Shown piece by piece: positions 24,940-37,003 of a stretch of DNA of 64,000 nucleotides. Both the position numbers and the translations under genes were made by a program. The first letter of the stretch is position 1; the number at the start of each line of letters is the position of its first letter. The notes beneath the pieces are model-generated. The model made no database searches, had not been told where the DNA came from, and saw nothing but the letters and a program-made list of their open reading frames with translations. The stretch covers positions 806,001-870,000 of the forward strand of contig RSEE01000010.1 of assembly GCA_003971905.1 (NCBI GenBank). Reading direction: 5' to 3'. Origin of the DNA: Moniliella sp. 'wahieum'. Lineage: Eukaryota.

Positions 24940-26487
24940 ATGCGCGCTTTCCTCTCTCTCCCACTCCTGGCCGGGGCCGTTCTATCGGCCCTAGGCGCAG
25001 ATGCATCTTTTTCCAAGCGAGGGTGTCTCGAGCAAATCGTCACAATCTGTTTGGCAAACGGGATGACTACCCAGCGCCGTTGCAAGACCCTTTCTACCAT
25101 CGTCCTGATAATTTGAGCCATTACCGTCCCGGAGATGTTATCCGCTCCCGCAAGATCACCCCCACCATGAAAGGCCTTGAAGGCGCCGTCGGAGACACGT
25201 ACCAGATCTTCTACCGCACCACCAATGCCGAAGGCCATGCGTCTTCGACGGTCACCACTGTTATTCGACCCAAGCAGGGCGGGCCTCCCAAGATGCTCTC
25301 CTACCATCTCTGGGAAGATGCTGTCCAGCGTGACTGCTCTCCCTCCTACACCATCCTCAAGGGTAACGATTCGCCCAACGTGATGGTTGTCGGTATGTCT
25401 CCCTCTCATTTTCCTCTTGATCTCTCTCTGATCATGCTGACGTTGGCCCTGGTGCGTTTGTGCAGGGGATGATGTGCCCATTTGGTTCCAGTTTTTGCTC
25501 AACAATGGGATCTCGGTGGTTGTGCCCGACTACGAAGGCCCCAAATCCGCTCTATTTGCCGGATTTACAGCGGGCTATGCCATTCTTGACTCGGCCCGGG
25601 CTGTACGCAACTTCCTCAACTGGCCAGCCAATGCAGAGGTGGCCATGACGGGCTATTCAGAGGGCGCTCACGTCACTGCATGGGCCGCCAACTTGGCCCC
25701 CTCGTATGCTTCCGACGTGAACATTGTTGGTGTCACCCATGGCGGCACCCCGATTGACATGGAGTTGACCCTGCGCCACTTTGACAACACCTCCTTTCTG
25801 GTTTCACCATTGGTGGCCTTCACGGCATGATGGTTTCGTACAAGAAGTTCAAGAAGGCCATTCACCGTGTGGCTCAACCTGAAGTTCTTACCGATCTCGC
25901 CGCCATCATCAAGCCGCCCACCTGCCATTCCGTCCTCCGCGGTCCCCTTTACGCCAACAAACCTTACATGGAGATGCTCAACATCCCAGGCAACCAGTCG
26001 GTGTACGATTGGGGTCCCGTTCGCCACATTCTCGACCGCGAAACGCTGTGGAACAACAAGTCTTCGGTTGGTGTTGGCTACCCCACCTTCCCTCGCATGA
26101 TTTACCATGGTGACCACGATGATGTGATCAGCTTTGAGGCGGTCAAGGCCTATGTCGAACAGCAGTGTGCTCATGGAGCCAACATTCAATTTAACGTATA
26201 CGAGGCCAACGCCCACACTGCGCCCCAGCTTGTCATTGGCGGCGACCTAAACGCCATGCGCTTTGTCTTGGAGGTTTTCCAGATCAACGGCCACAAATTC
26301 CAAAAGGGCACCTGTGGCTTCCCCACCGTCTCTTCTCAACTATGGCACTTGGGCCATCACCGCCATCTTGGGAGGTGACATTAATGAGGCCTTCGACGAC
26401 ATTTCCGACCAAATCTCAGCTTTCCGTACCATTGGGTTTGGTCCCCATGTCAACCAGACCAACCATGTGTACGATTACGTCGAGTAG
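24940..26487 (+). CDS. Secreted lipase, LIP (PF03583, CalA-like) family, frameshifted
   Basis: Signal peptide MRAFLSLPLLAGAVLSALG and KR sites; 'DPFY', 'YQIFYRTT', 'DCSPSY', 'VVVPDYEGP', nucleophile 'GYSEG', 'YASDVNIVG..HGGTP', 'IYHGDHDDVI'. Intron ~25393-25465; TATATAAA at ~24775. Confidence 0.88.
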
Positions 26488-27273
26488 GGCAAACAAATTT
26501 CTCTGCCTGTTTCTCTTCTCTTTTGTTTTTCTCTCGATCACATCGAAAGAGAGAGCTCGTACTTGTTTTTGTTTTGCTCCCCGACTATCCCTTTTAATGT
26601 GGTTTATGTATGGAGCCCTGGTGGCTCTTAAACCTCCAGGATCCAATACCATAAAGTGTGACATGTGTTTTCCGTTTAGTATTGTGTACGGTTCTCCCCC
26701 TCTACTCTGTGCGCCCTTAGGAAAATATAGATGGGGGTTATTAGGCAATACGTGCACCAGTCGCGACAACGCTGTGACGATACCATCAGATTATACGCTC
26801 TGACCCATTCTCCCGGCGTTACCAACACTGTAGTGGAGCGGAGTACGCCCTTCATATTGATGCGTGGCGCGAGGGCTTCACTAGTCACTCCTCGTTTCCA
26901 TGAAGAGCTGTCGGACATCAAGAAGATGCGAAAACCTTTCTGTACTTATCGGCGGGATCGATCATGAAAAACCTTGGGGCGTCACGTTCCCTGGCCGCTT
27001 GATGAATCCCCGGGATCGCGTATGTGAGGCCTCTGCTCGTACACAAGTGGCAATGCGCTACCGGGGCTTGCACTCGCCGTGAACGTCCCGAGCGGTGAAC
27101 GGGGCCAGTACCATCGCGTGGCTATATTTTGTTCCAAATACCGGTAGTTTGAATAGACTCAAAAAGTGAAAGCAAGTGGCACGTGAACTTACGTACGCGG
27201 CCTATACTGCGTTGGGAGCGGAGCCACGAGCATCGCGTTGGCATTATGGGGGCAGCAACACCCAAAACACAAC

Positions 27274-28275
27274 CATGGTCGCAGGCGAGGCGCCATCGCC
27301 CATGGCTGGTGCCAGTCCCGCATCGCCCAAGGCATCGCCGGCAGCCCACGCGTCTCCGCACTTGCCCGCATCCGGACGAACACCCGCCACCGCTCCGACG
27401 CCCCCCGCCCTCGCCCCCCTGAACTCCACTAACACCCCTCCTCCTGCCGGCCCGGGCGCCCCTGGTGGAGGGTGGGACAGCAGATCTCGCCCCCACGGCC
27501 GCTGTTGCGGCCGCTTCTCTTCCCCCATATCCAACAGGGCTTCTGCCGCTGGCGCCAAATGCGCCGTCCGAAGGATTGAGCCAGGTGTTTCAGCTGGTGC
27601 TGCAGCAGCTTCTGCCCGCAGTTCAAGCCACCTCCAACTCGCTCTTTGACGCGCTTGCTGTACCGGCAGAGACAGAGTCTGAAGCGCTCATGGCTCCTAC
27701 CCCACCCCTCCCGGATGCAGCAGCGTCCAATGCAGTGCAACTGCACACCTTCCTCTCTTCGCTCTTACAGCTTCTGTTGGAACATGGTCTCGCTGGTTTG
27801 CCCACCGTTTCCTTTCCCCCCCCTCGGCCGATCCTGAGATCATGCAGATGACCCTCTGCCCTCTGCCTCGCTCCCTCAAGACCTTCCAAGCGCTACGCAA
27901 CAGTACGCCGCTCGAGCCAAGCGCGAATTTGACAAGACGCAACGGTTGCGGGATGCGAGCGAGATTGTACGGGACGTGTTGGTTGGAGCACGGCTCGCCA
28001 TGGCCGGGGCAGAGCGGGCGAAGAGTCAGGGGATTCGTCGGAACAGAACGCAGGGCTTCAGGCCGATCGAGAGGGCCCTGTTCCGAAACGACCACGAGGA
28101 AGTTCGCCCGCCCCCGACGCTGGTAACTCCGCCTCGGCCCGGGGCACGGCCGCCACGTCGACCCCGGCGTCAGGCGTTCAGATCACAAGGATGTCTCCTC
28201 CAACCTGAGAGCAAAATGAGGGCACTGCGTTCCTACGACATTGGCCGTCCATGCATCGTATCGTACATGATTTGA
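27274..28275 (+). CDS. Hypothetical Pro/Ala-rich protein, frameshifted
   Basis: Consecutive overlapping ORFs (27176-27649, 27465-27851, 27946-28275) join into a protein-like sequence with helical segments ('LSQVFQLVLQQLLP', 'LHTFLSSLLQLLLEHG'). No family recognised. Confidence 0.45.
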
Positions 28276-28350
28276 GCAAGATGCAATTGAAGTAAGAATG
28301 CAGGACACACAGATAAAACAGGCATTATGATGATGAAAATGCACGACAGC

Positions 28351-30430
28351 TTACACGCGTTCGATCTTCACTCCCGATGTGGCATACAGACGAGACATGA
28401 AACGACCCCACAGGTACGGTTCCAAGTCCTCTGGTGCCGTGGGAAGAGCAACTGCCTCGTTGTTCGCGACATCGTTCGAGGGCGGAGGTAGGTCGACCAA
28501 ATAGTTTTTACGGCTGTTGCGCAGCCGGATGGATAGATCAAGATAAGCATCGAGCGTCAGCGAGACATACTCCCAATCCGTCTTGGATCGTAAGGGTTTC
28601 GGGAGGATAAGACTTTTAGAGTTCTTATTGGGAATGACATGATAGCGCGCCAGCTCCGCATCGAGCAAGTGCTTGGGAACAGGGATGGGACCGCCAACCC
28701 CAGATGTGGCACCATTCGAAGCAGCGGAAAGATATTCTTGCCACAGCACCTCGGGGGATATGTGGCATACTCCAATTGAAACTCGGGGGGTGGAGGGTCG
28801 GATGGGTTGGCCTCATACGCGCCGTTGGCCTCATCCAGATTGAGATGCCACTCGGAATAACCCAATGGAGAGAGGAAACGGTTCGTACGAACGGGAGATG
28901 CAGGGTGACGGTAGTACGCCTTCTTGGGATCTTCTTCTTCCTGGTCCCGGCCGCATTGTCTCTCCAACCAAAGATGGTTTGACCCACAGATGGTAAAGCC
29001 AGATCCGCTTCCTCCTGATTCTGATCCTCGTCCTCAAGAGAAAAGTCTGATGCATAGTCCTTGGCGCGATAGCGCGTTTCCGAACTCGTATTGTACGTCC
29101 AAACGCGCATAGTGGGGTACCAGTTGGGCAATAGCGAAGGAGACAGTGATGCCACACTGTAACGGTCCAACACGCCCTCTGTCACGTTCTCTGGGACACG
29201 AAGGATATTGTCGATCATGAGGGCAACAATATCCTTTGCTTGCACATCATAAGGGGACATCGGACGAACCATGTTCGGCGGGCGGTGGAGCAGACTCTCA
29301 TACGTGTCCAGCATGGCATCGTCTTCCTCCATCAACAGTTGCGCCTCTTCTTCGGGAGCGGACGGGGGTGGAGGGATGCCCTCTGTATGGAAGGTGAAAA
29401 GATCATAGTTTTGATGCCCATAGTGCTGTCCGACAATGGTATCTTGATAGCGAAGCACCAAGTTACTGTACCGTTGATAGCAGTCCTCAAAGTACCACGC
29501 CTTGTTAGGCGGAACATGGCCGATTAGATGTGCCTGCATCCCACGATTTCTAGTCCGACCCAGCTGGGCCTCGAGCCAGTCCTGGGAAGATAGCATGTCA
29601 GTATAGGGCCTAATGATTCAGGGGGGAAGTACAAACCAATTCGAGTCCGCCCGGGTCGCCCCGGCGCGAGTCACAGCCATCAACCATCTTGTTGGACTTG
29701 AACCAGTAGATGGTGTTGAGACTGAACACCGTCAACGTTGCCGGAATCACATCGCGGGCAAAGTACCCGCCAATGGAGCACACATGCGCTTCCGACTCGG
29801 GCAGCAAGCCAAACTGGGTCCACATGCGAGCGTACATGAACGTCACATCGTTTGGGCCGGGCCACATGATGTTGTGCGGGTAGATATCATTGTTTCCAAT
29901 GGCCGGCACGATGGGAACGCCAGGGAACGCCATCTTGAGCTGTTGGATACACCATCGGTTAAACTCAAAGATTTCGTCCCGCGTTCGAGGGTGGACAGGA
30001 CCCGTGTCGTGACGAACATTGTCGCCCGTCCAGATGATAAAGTCGAGCCCATCCTGGGAGCCAAACGACTTGGCGGCCCAAGCCAGTGCCTTCTCAACTA
30101 GCCAGGGAGGGGAGTCGCACTCGGTCCGTGGTGTGCCCCAGTACCCAGCACGGATCTCCGCCTCGGGATCGTCTAGCTCGTCGGCCATTAGCTGGCACGA
30201 AGACTCGACCGTTGCATTGTACGTGTAGAATTGGTCCGGGTGCATGTCAGTCACATGGAGGAAGCGTCCATGCAGGGGACGGGGATGGGGCGTCGCTGCT
30301 GCGCGTGCATCGCTCGTTGCTGGCGGGGCCTCTCCCTCGAAGAGCAAGGGCGACGCGCGGATCGCCGGGCACCGCCCAAGGCAAGAATGAGCGTCGTCGC
30401 TACAGCCGAAGCGGCGGCAAGGGCACGCAT
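28351..30430 (-). CDS. PPN1: Endopolyphosphatase (calcineurin-like metallophosphoesterase)
   Basis: N-terminal hydrophobic segment MRALAAASAVATTLILALGG; 'FLHVTDMHPD', 'CDSP', 'IIWTGDNVRHD', 'IGNNDIYPHNIMWPGPN', 'GHVPP', 'GHQNYD', 'EFQLEYATY'. Two probable introns, at ~29586-29631 and ~28850-28910. Confidence 0.85.
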
Positions 30431-31480
30431 GCGTGCAAACTTGTGATGGCAAGGGTACAAAACCGAAGCAAATGGCAAGGTGGGATGGCGTCGTCGTCGT
30501 GGCAAGCGACGGAGAGATGGTGGTGGAGCCGCAGCAAGTGTTCTTGCCTCCAAAAATAGCGCACTGCAAGCTCGGCGGGCGGGCACGGGCTCCAGATCGG
30601 TCCGCAAGGGCAAATTAGGCTAAGTTCGATGACATCGATTGAGCGTCGAGGCTGAGCAGCGCTCAGGCTGAACGATGACGCGTGACGTTGATGTAAGGGG
30701 GGGGGTTCGGTGCAACACTATTTTGCAATTGCAAGCGGCGTGCTTAATCGTGTCTTATCTTTTCGCAGCACTAGTCGCATGCAGCGCCCCATCTCGCTGG
30801 AGAAGCTTCGAAGGGGCGTCGGCTCTGGTCGGCCTGACCTTATTCGCCCCCCAAGCACTCTTTTTATCTCCTCATCGACAAAACACCAAGGCCGCTGCGG
30901 TACATACAAGTCGTGTTTTGTTGCACGTTGATCAAGTTGATTAATGATTGAGCTCCTGATCGGCCTGATCGCGCGATAAAGTGTTTTGTGTGTGGTGCTA
31001 CCCCCTCCGAACCATCAGAAACGGAGACTCCTGAGGTCAGGCTTGAGGCCAGGCGTGAGATCGCTGCAATTCTTCACGCAATTAATATAGCGCGTTAGCT
31101 TCTGCGGGGTGGGCATGGCTTGGAGAAGTGGGCAACACAAACTGACGATCAGACCATTCAACTTGGGGTTTATTATATAGTGCGGGATCTGAGACCGCTC
31201 CTGCCCCCCTCTGTTAATTGCCCCTGGGCGCGCGTTGCCCCCCCCCCGCCCCATCGAAAGCGTGTGTGCATGTATATGCTTTGGGGAAGAAGAATACCCC
31301 ATCAACTCGAGTATACCTTCCAGGTGTCCACAGACGTCTCGATCGTTTGTAATAGTGGTAATTGATCCCTGGTGGCAATGTGCCAGGGGCATATAAGAGA
31401 GAGAGGCCAACTAAATACAATGAAGAAAAGATCACATCTAAGTGCACTCACCCACTTAGTGCTTTTACACCTCCATCGCC

Positions 31481-32341
31481 ATGGCCACCCTCGACTTTTG
31501 GAAGTACCGAAAGCCTGCCTCTGCCCCATCCGTTTTCCCTGGTGCCAAGGATCTGCGCATCGGGATTGTGCACGCCCGATGGAACGCTGAGGTCATTGAC
31601 GCGTTACTCAATTCGACACTGGAAACAATCACAAAAGCCGGGGTCAAACCGGAAAACGTTGTGATTGAGAGTGTCCCTGGCAGCTGGGAGCTGCCTTTCG
31701 GGGTAATGAGGTGAGCTTACTATTTCATCAGTTCAAAGCTCTCTTCTGTCATCGTTTACTAACTAATAACTTCACGCGTTTTGTCAGCATCATCTCAGCA
31801 GCTGAGATTGAGGCTTGCGGCCAGAATCCTAATTCATTGCAAGACAATGAGGACACGGAAAGGGGTGCTGGCTGTTCTAACAGCGAAGCTGAAGCTGAAG
31901 CGCAAGAGGACCAAAGTGGTGCGCCTTTGCCAGACGGTGGGAAAAAGACACCCCTGGACGCCGTGATTGGGATTGGCGTATTGATTAAAGGCCATACCAT
32001 GCACTTCGAGTACATTGCCGAATCATGTTCCAATGGACTAATGCGGATCAGTATTGACACGAAAACGCCCGTCATCCATGGATTGCTTTGCTGCCTGACC
32101 GAGGACCAGGCTCTGGAACGAGCCGGGATTGGAAGAGGCGAATTTCAAGGGCACAATCATGGAGTGGACTGGGCGAATGCAGCTCTCGAGTACGTTTGTC
32201 CTTCCGTGAGAGTGACCATCGCGCTTTTCTCCTGCTTTACAGGGGCCAGGAGGGCTAACTCGGTTGTTTGCATGCTCTTTTAGGCTCGGGCTCAAAAACA
32301 AGAATGGCTACCTCAAGGGCAAGTTCCGCGTGCTGGAGTAG
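31481..32341 (+). CDS. RIB4: 6,7-dimethyl-8-ribityllumazine synthase
   Basis: 'LRIGIVHARWN', 'VPGSWELP', 'DAVIGIGVLIKGHTMHFEYI', 'PVIHGLLCCLTEDQALERAG', 'HNHGVDW'. Introns ~31712-31788 and ~32190-32283; stop TAG at 32339-32341. Confidence 0.93.
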
Positions 32342-33112
32342 CGTTTCCCTTCGCTGGTTTTGGACTGCTAATGAGGGTAATGCGTATACACCAAAATGTA
32401 TTCGGATTGACCGATGCCCCAACATCATTCGCATTCTCCACAGTTCTTCTGGAATGATAACTGTTGAGGGGATGCATCATGCGTTCACATCCGCACTTGT
32501 ATACCGTGTTGACCAGGCAGATGTATGGTGTAACAAACCCCTTTTCTCATCTCGACCATGTGTATATATCAAAATTGAAAGCTGGCATATATCGTACCCT
32601 TTACACAGTAGGAGCGATGAGAGATGCGCGGCTCAACTCCCGGGATCACGGTCTCCACAACAGGGAACCAGAATGCCATTGTTATCGAGAGGAAATATGC
32701 GCTTACAGAGATCGGAGAGATACCTCGATGTTCATGTACAAGTGGTAAGCAAAACCAAGATGCATTAACAAGCTGATAACAAATGGGCTTCCTCATCCTG
32801 CCGCCAAATCATATGCATACCATTGCATATATATAGTTGGCGTTTGTGCAAAATAACACCTGTTCGAGATGCATCATGTGTCATTTGGAGACACTGGATG
32901 CGAGGGAATTTGAGATCGATGGTGGTGAGAGTGACGGGTCACAGACACATTTCCACCGGATGTGGGTATGGCCCTGTTCTACATCTTCCTTGGCCCCCTT
33001 CTGTGTCTCTTTCCCCTCATCGATCATCATGCATCACGCGTGGTTTACCGTGTGATTAATGATTGCTCCTCCTCCTCCTCTGGTATATAAGGCACCATTC
33101 CATGCAGCCTGA

Positions 33113-33421
33113 ATGAATACCATCGGCATCCAAAGCAATCCCCTTCCTACAGAGAGAGTCTCACCCAACTCTGACACTGATGATACACTCCCTGTCTGGC
33201 ACTTTTGTCTCCCCTGGACCCTCCCCTTCTGGATTCAAGAAGAGCCCCGTGCAGCCCCCGCCGTTCACGAAGTCTCGGTCCCCTACTCGCCCGGCATTTC
33301 TTTGAGTCCAGTTGAAAAGTTATTCACTTTCTCATCGGACGGCGAGGATTGCCTTGGAGGCGAGGGCGACGAGGTCGGCTTGGACCCCTTGAAGTTCTCG
33401 CCTCTCTGCAGGAGTGATTGA
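33113..33421 (+). CDS. Possible orphan small protein (102 aa)
   Basis: ATG-initiated uninterrupted ORF about 30 bp downstream of TATATAA (~33084). No recognisable domain. Confidence 0.3.
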   Translation: MNTIGIQSNPLPTERVSPNSDTDDTLPVWHFCLPWTLPFWIQEEPRAAPAVHEVSVPYSPGISLSPVEKLFTFSSDGEDCLGGEGDEVGLDPLKFSPLCRSD

Positions 33422-34116
33422 TTGTCCTGTTTGGTTATGCGGATCCGGCATATATATCATGGACGAACATTCCCCCCCTCAACATTCACGATTCACACGT
33501 TTTCATCGCCGCGAACAATTCTCTGCGGACTCTTACACCACTCTCAAAACCGCATTGTTTATCCCCCCCGGCTATATCCACACTCAGCACACGAAAATCA
33601 TCTCATACCCCCGGGCTGCTTAGAACTTCCGTATTCATAACCCGCCTCCGTTATGGAGTAGAGACTACTTGTGCCAATGAGTATATACCTTCTCCATCCA
33701 TTTTTATTGTCTCCTGGAGCTTCTCTCATCTGTGCCACCTGGTGGCACATGTCTCCCTTCCGATAGATAATCGGTAACCGACGGTAACGCTGCTAAACGT
33801 CCCTTGGACATCAGTCTCTCTGGCGTCCTCTGCGCTCTTCGTTGCAGCATAGAGAAACTTGAGACTGGCGGATGCTTTCAACTGGGTGTGACATGTGACG
33901 TGTGACGTGGAGGTGTGAGATCCTGAGAGCAAGTTGCGCCAGGTTGCGCCACGCCGGGCTGACGTCAGCCGCGCTCCCTTGCCGCCAGCTCTTCGAGGTT
34001 GGGCAGCACCCGAGGAAGAGCTCCAAGTACGCTCCACAAAACCATCCCCGTCGCGTGCCGACGATCGTCTGCCTGCGCTTGCCTCAGTTGCTCCCCTGTC
34101 CTGGGCACTGTCGGCC

Positions 34117-34896
34117 ATGAACATCTTCCGAATTGCCGCCGATCTTTCCCACCTGGCCAGCATTGCGCTGCTGCTCTATGCGATCCACACCCGCCACACC
34201 ACACGCGGACTCAGCTTCAAGTCCCAGCTGTTGTACTTTATCGTCTTTGTCACTCGCTACCTCGACCTCTTCAGCACGTCGCCCTTTGGCTGGACGTTCA
34301 CCATCTACCTCGTCTGCATGAAGCTCTTCTTTATCGGGTCGTCCGCTGGCATCCTCTACCTGATCCAGGTCAAGTACCGGTACGGGCTGTCTGTACTCTA
34401 GCATAGCCTTACTGACCTGACAACGTCTTTGGTTTTTGGCGTCCTCAGGCAAACCCACAACCCTTCTCTTGACAGCTTGCCACTATCATATCTCATTGGA
34501 CCTGCTGCCGTGCTGGCTCTGATCTTCCATCCGGAACTCACACCGACTTCGGTCCTTTGGTCCTTCTCAATCTTCCTCGAGGCTGTCGCCATCCTGCCCC
34601 AGCTCTTCTTGTTGCAGCGCACGGGCGAGGCCGAGACAATCACCACACACTACATCTTTGCTCTGGGTGCTTACAGGGCGCTGTACTTGCTCAACTGGCT
34701 TTACATTCTCATCTTCCATGGCACAGCCGACTTTAATACCTACGGCTTCATCGCCGGCCTGGTTCAGACTGCCCTCTACGCCGACTTTTCCACAGTATGT
34801 GTCCATCCCCTGCCCCCCTTGCCGGTCTCTGACTGTGTCTCGCTAGTCTACTTTACCAAGGTGCTGCAGGGCCAAAAGTTCGAGTTGCCTGCGTGA
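34117..34896 (+). CDS. ERD2: ER lumen protein-retaining (HDEL/KDEL) receptor
   Basis: 'MNIFRIAADLSHLAS', 'GLSFKSQ', 'TRYLDLF', 'WSFSIFLEAVAILPQLFLLQRTGEAETIT.HY', 'GAYRALY', 'VQTALYADF', 'KFELPA*'. Introns ~34380-34449 and ~34795-34845. Confidence 0.95.
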
Positions 34897-35684
34897 AGTG
34901 GACACGAACTCGTACCGGCACCCCGCCTGCCGTTCCGTATCGCAGTGCCAAGTGGCCCCGCCCTTACCAACATCTGCCTTGTGCGGCGAGGCTGTTCTCG
35001 TTGTGTATGGATTGTTCTGTTGCTTCATAACAAAAATGCCTTTATCCGCTCGTCCCAGCCCAGGTCCGCCTTGGGGCGCTACTGTTGCGGGGATTCGAGA
35101 CGCGCTTTCAGCGAGCCGAACTCCCCAATACTTGGTATTTCTGAGGGGGGCACGGGTAGTGTGGCTCCCAATGGCTCCCCGTGCTCCTTCGACAGCGTTT
35201 GCAGTGTAGCACCAGAGGCGGGCAAGTTAAAAGATCAATGGAGGCTAGGTCAACTAGGTCAAGCGGGCACCAAGCTTCCACGCTGCGCCCGACTCAACCC
35301 GGCTGGCTCGCAGAATCAACCAACGCTAAATCGTCCAGGAATAGGAGGCGTTTCTAACGCACCTTGAGCCGGGCTGTGGCCTGTGGCCCCCGCCGTGCGT
35401 GCGATGAAAACGTTTCAAGGAACAGGAGACTGGCGCCATGCCGGCTCCTGGGCACCAGCCACGCAGCCGTCTGACCTACACCGGCGCCGTGCCGCGAGCG
35501 GCGTCCCACATCGACGCTGCCGCGGCCCTCCCGAGGGGGAGCGCACTGCCCCCGTGCGGCACTTTGGAATCTCACACACGCCGTGGGCAGGTGCGGTGCT
35601 GCGTCCAGCGGGCGCTGGCGGGAGCGCACCTCGTCGCCGACCCAGCACCCCCCCACCACCTCTCCTCCTTCCGCTGCGCTCGCC

Positions 35685-36350
35685 ATGTCGTCGTTCCAGC
35701 TCCCCGCCCAGCTCCAGGGCCTGCGCAACGTCAATGTTCCTCCCCAGGTCAAGAGCGTGCACGCCAAGATCAACTACTACATTGCCCAGATCGACAAGGA
35801 GGTACGTGCTCCGTGCGCTGCAGCTGCAGCTCCCTCGGCCTCGTCCCCGCTGTGCCTGTCTCGATCTGCTTCTGACCCCGGCTCCGTCCCCAGTTGGCCC
35901 AGTACCCGCTCTCGTCAAGGCCGAGCAGCTGACCCATGTCCCCAAGGCAGGGGTACCATCGGTCTCTTTGTCATTGTGACCACCGCCATCTTCTTTAACA
36001 TTGCCGCCACCTTCCTGACCAACTTTGTTGGCGTGGCATGCCACCACCTCTCCCTCCGCGCCCTCGAGACGCCGGGCACTGACGACGACAAGCAGTGGTG
36101 CGTACTTGATCCCTTTATTGCTCATTGGTGCTCTAGCCACCATACTGACAGCGACGGGCAGGACCATGTACTGGGTCTCGTATGGCTTCCTCACCATCCT
36201 CGAGTCCTTCTCCCCCGTGTTGCTCTACTGGATCGTCCTACTATACCTTGAAGACTCTCTTCCTCCTCTGGCTGCAGCTGCCGCAGACGCAGGGTGCCAA
36301 GCTGCTCTACCTCAGGTCTACCCCCGTCTTTCTTCCTAAGAAGGTGGCGG
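35685..36350 (+). CDS. YOP1: ER-shaping protein, TB2/DP1/HVA22 (YOP1/REEP) family
   Basis: 'YYIAQIDKE', 'LRALETPGTDDDKQW', 'YWVSYGFLTILESF', 'WLQLPQTQGAKLLY'. Introns ~35802-35893 and ~36098-36161; frameshifts present, 3' end approximate. Confidence 0.85.
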
Positions 36351-37003
36351 CCTAAGTCCAAGCCTCTTTCTCCTCTCCTCCCTCCCCCCTCACCCTCGTA
36401 TCTATCTCCCCACGTCTCTCTTCCTCTCCTACTGTATCTCTTTTTTTACCCGCCGGGCCATGGCGCACGACAGGGTGCGCGTGCAGCCCAGGCTGCAATC
36501 CTACCACCACACCGATGGCCAGCAGCCTGAGGCAAGACTTGGACCCCATCTCAATTTCGATTCTGTGTCCAAGCCCCGCTTTTTCTCCCCCTTATTTTTC
36601 TCCCCCCGTGCCTTGCCATTTCATCTGTGCTGTTGATTTCGCACGTAACGTACTTGTTCCATTTCCCTTTACTTTTTTGGGGTTTCTATCAGTTTCTTCC
36701 CCCCTCCTCCACATAGGCTGCCCAGTCGACCAGCGTTCTTACTGCTGGACTTGCGTTCTACCTCGGGCGTTAGGACCGGTCTGTACATGTGCAACGAGTT
36801 CAATGGTTGCGATGTGATGCGGGGATGGATCAAGAACGGGGGTGCATAGGTGGAGACGGGTGTGTGGGTAGGCCTTGGAAAGAGGGGAGGCTTGGGTGGG
36901 TGACGCGAACCCGGGCGAGAAAGTGGTCAGTCAAGTGGCCAGCGCCAGCACAACAAAAAACCAAAAAAAAGCGCAAGCAACAGCCACCTCGGATTCTTTC
37001 ATC

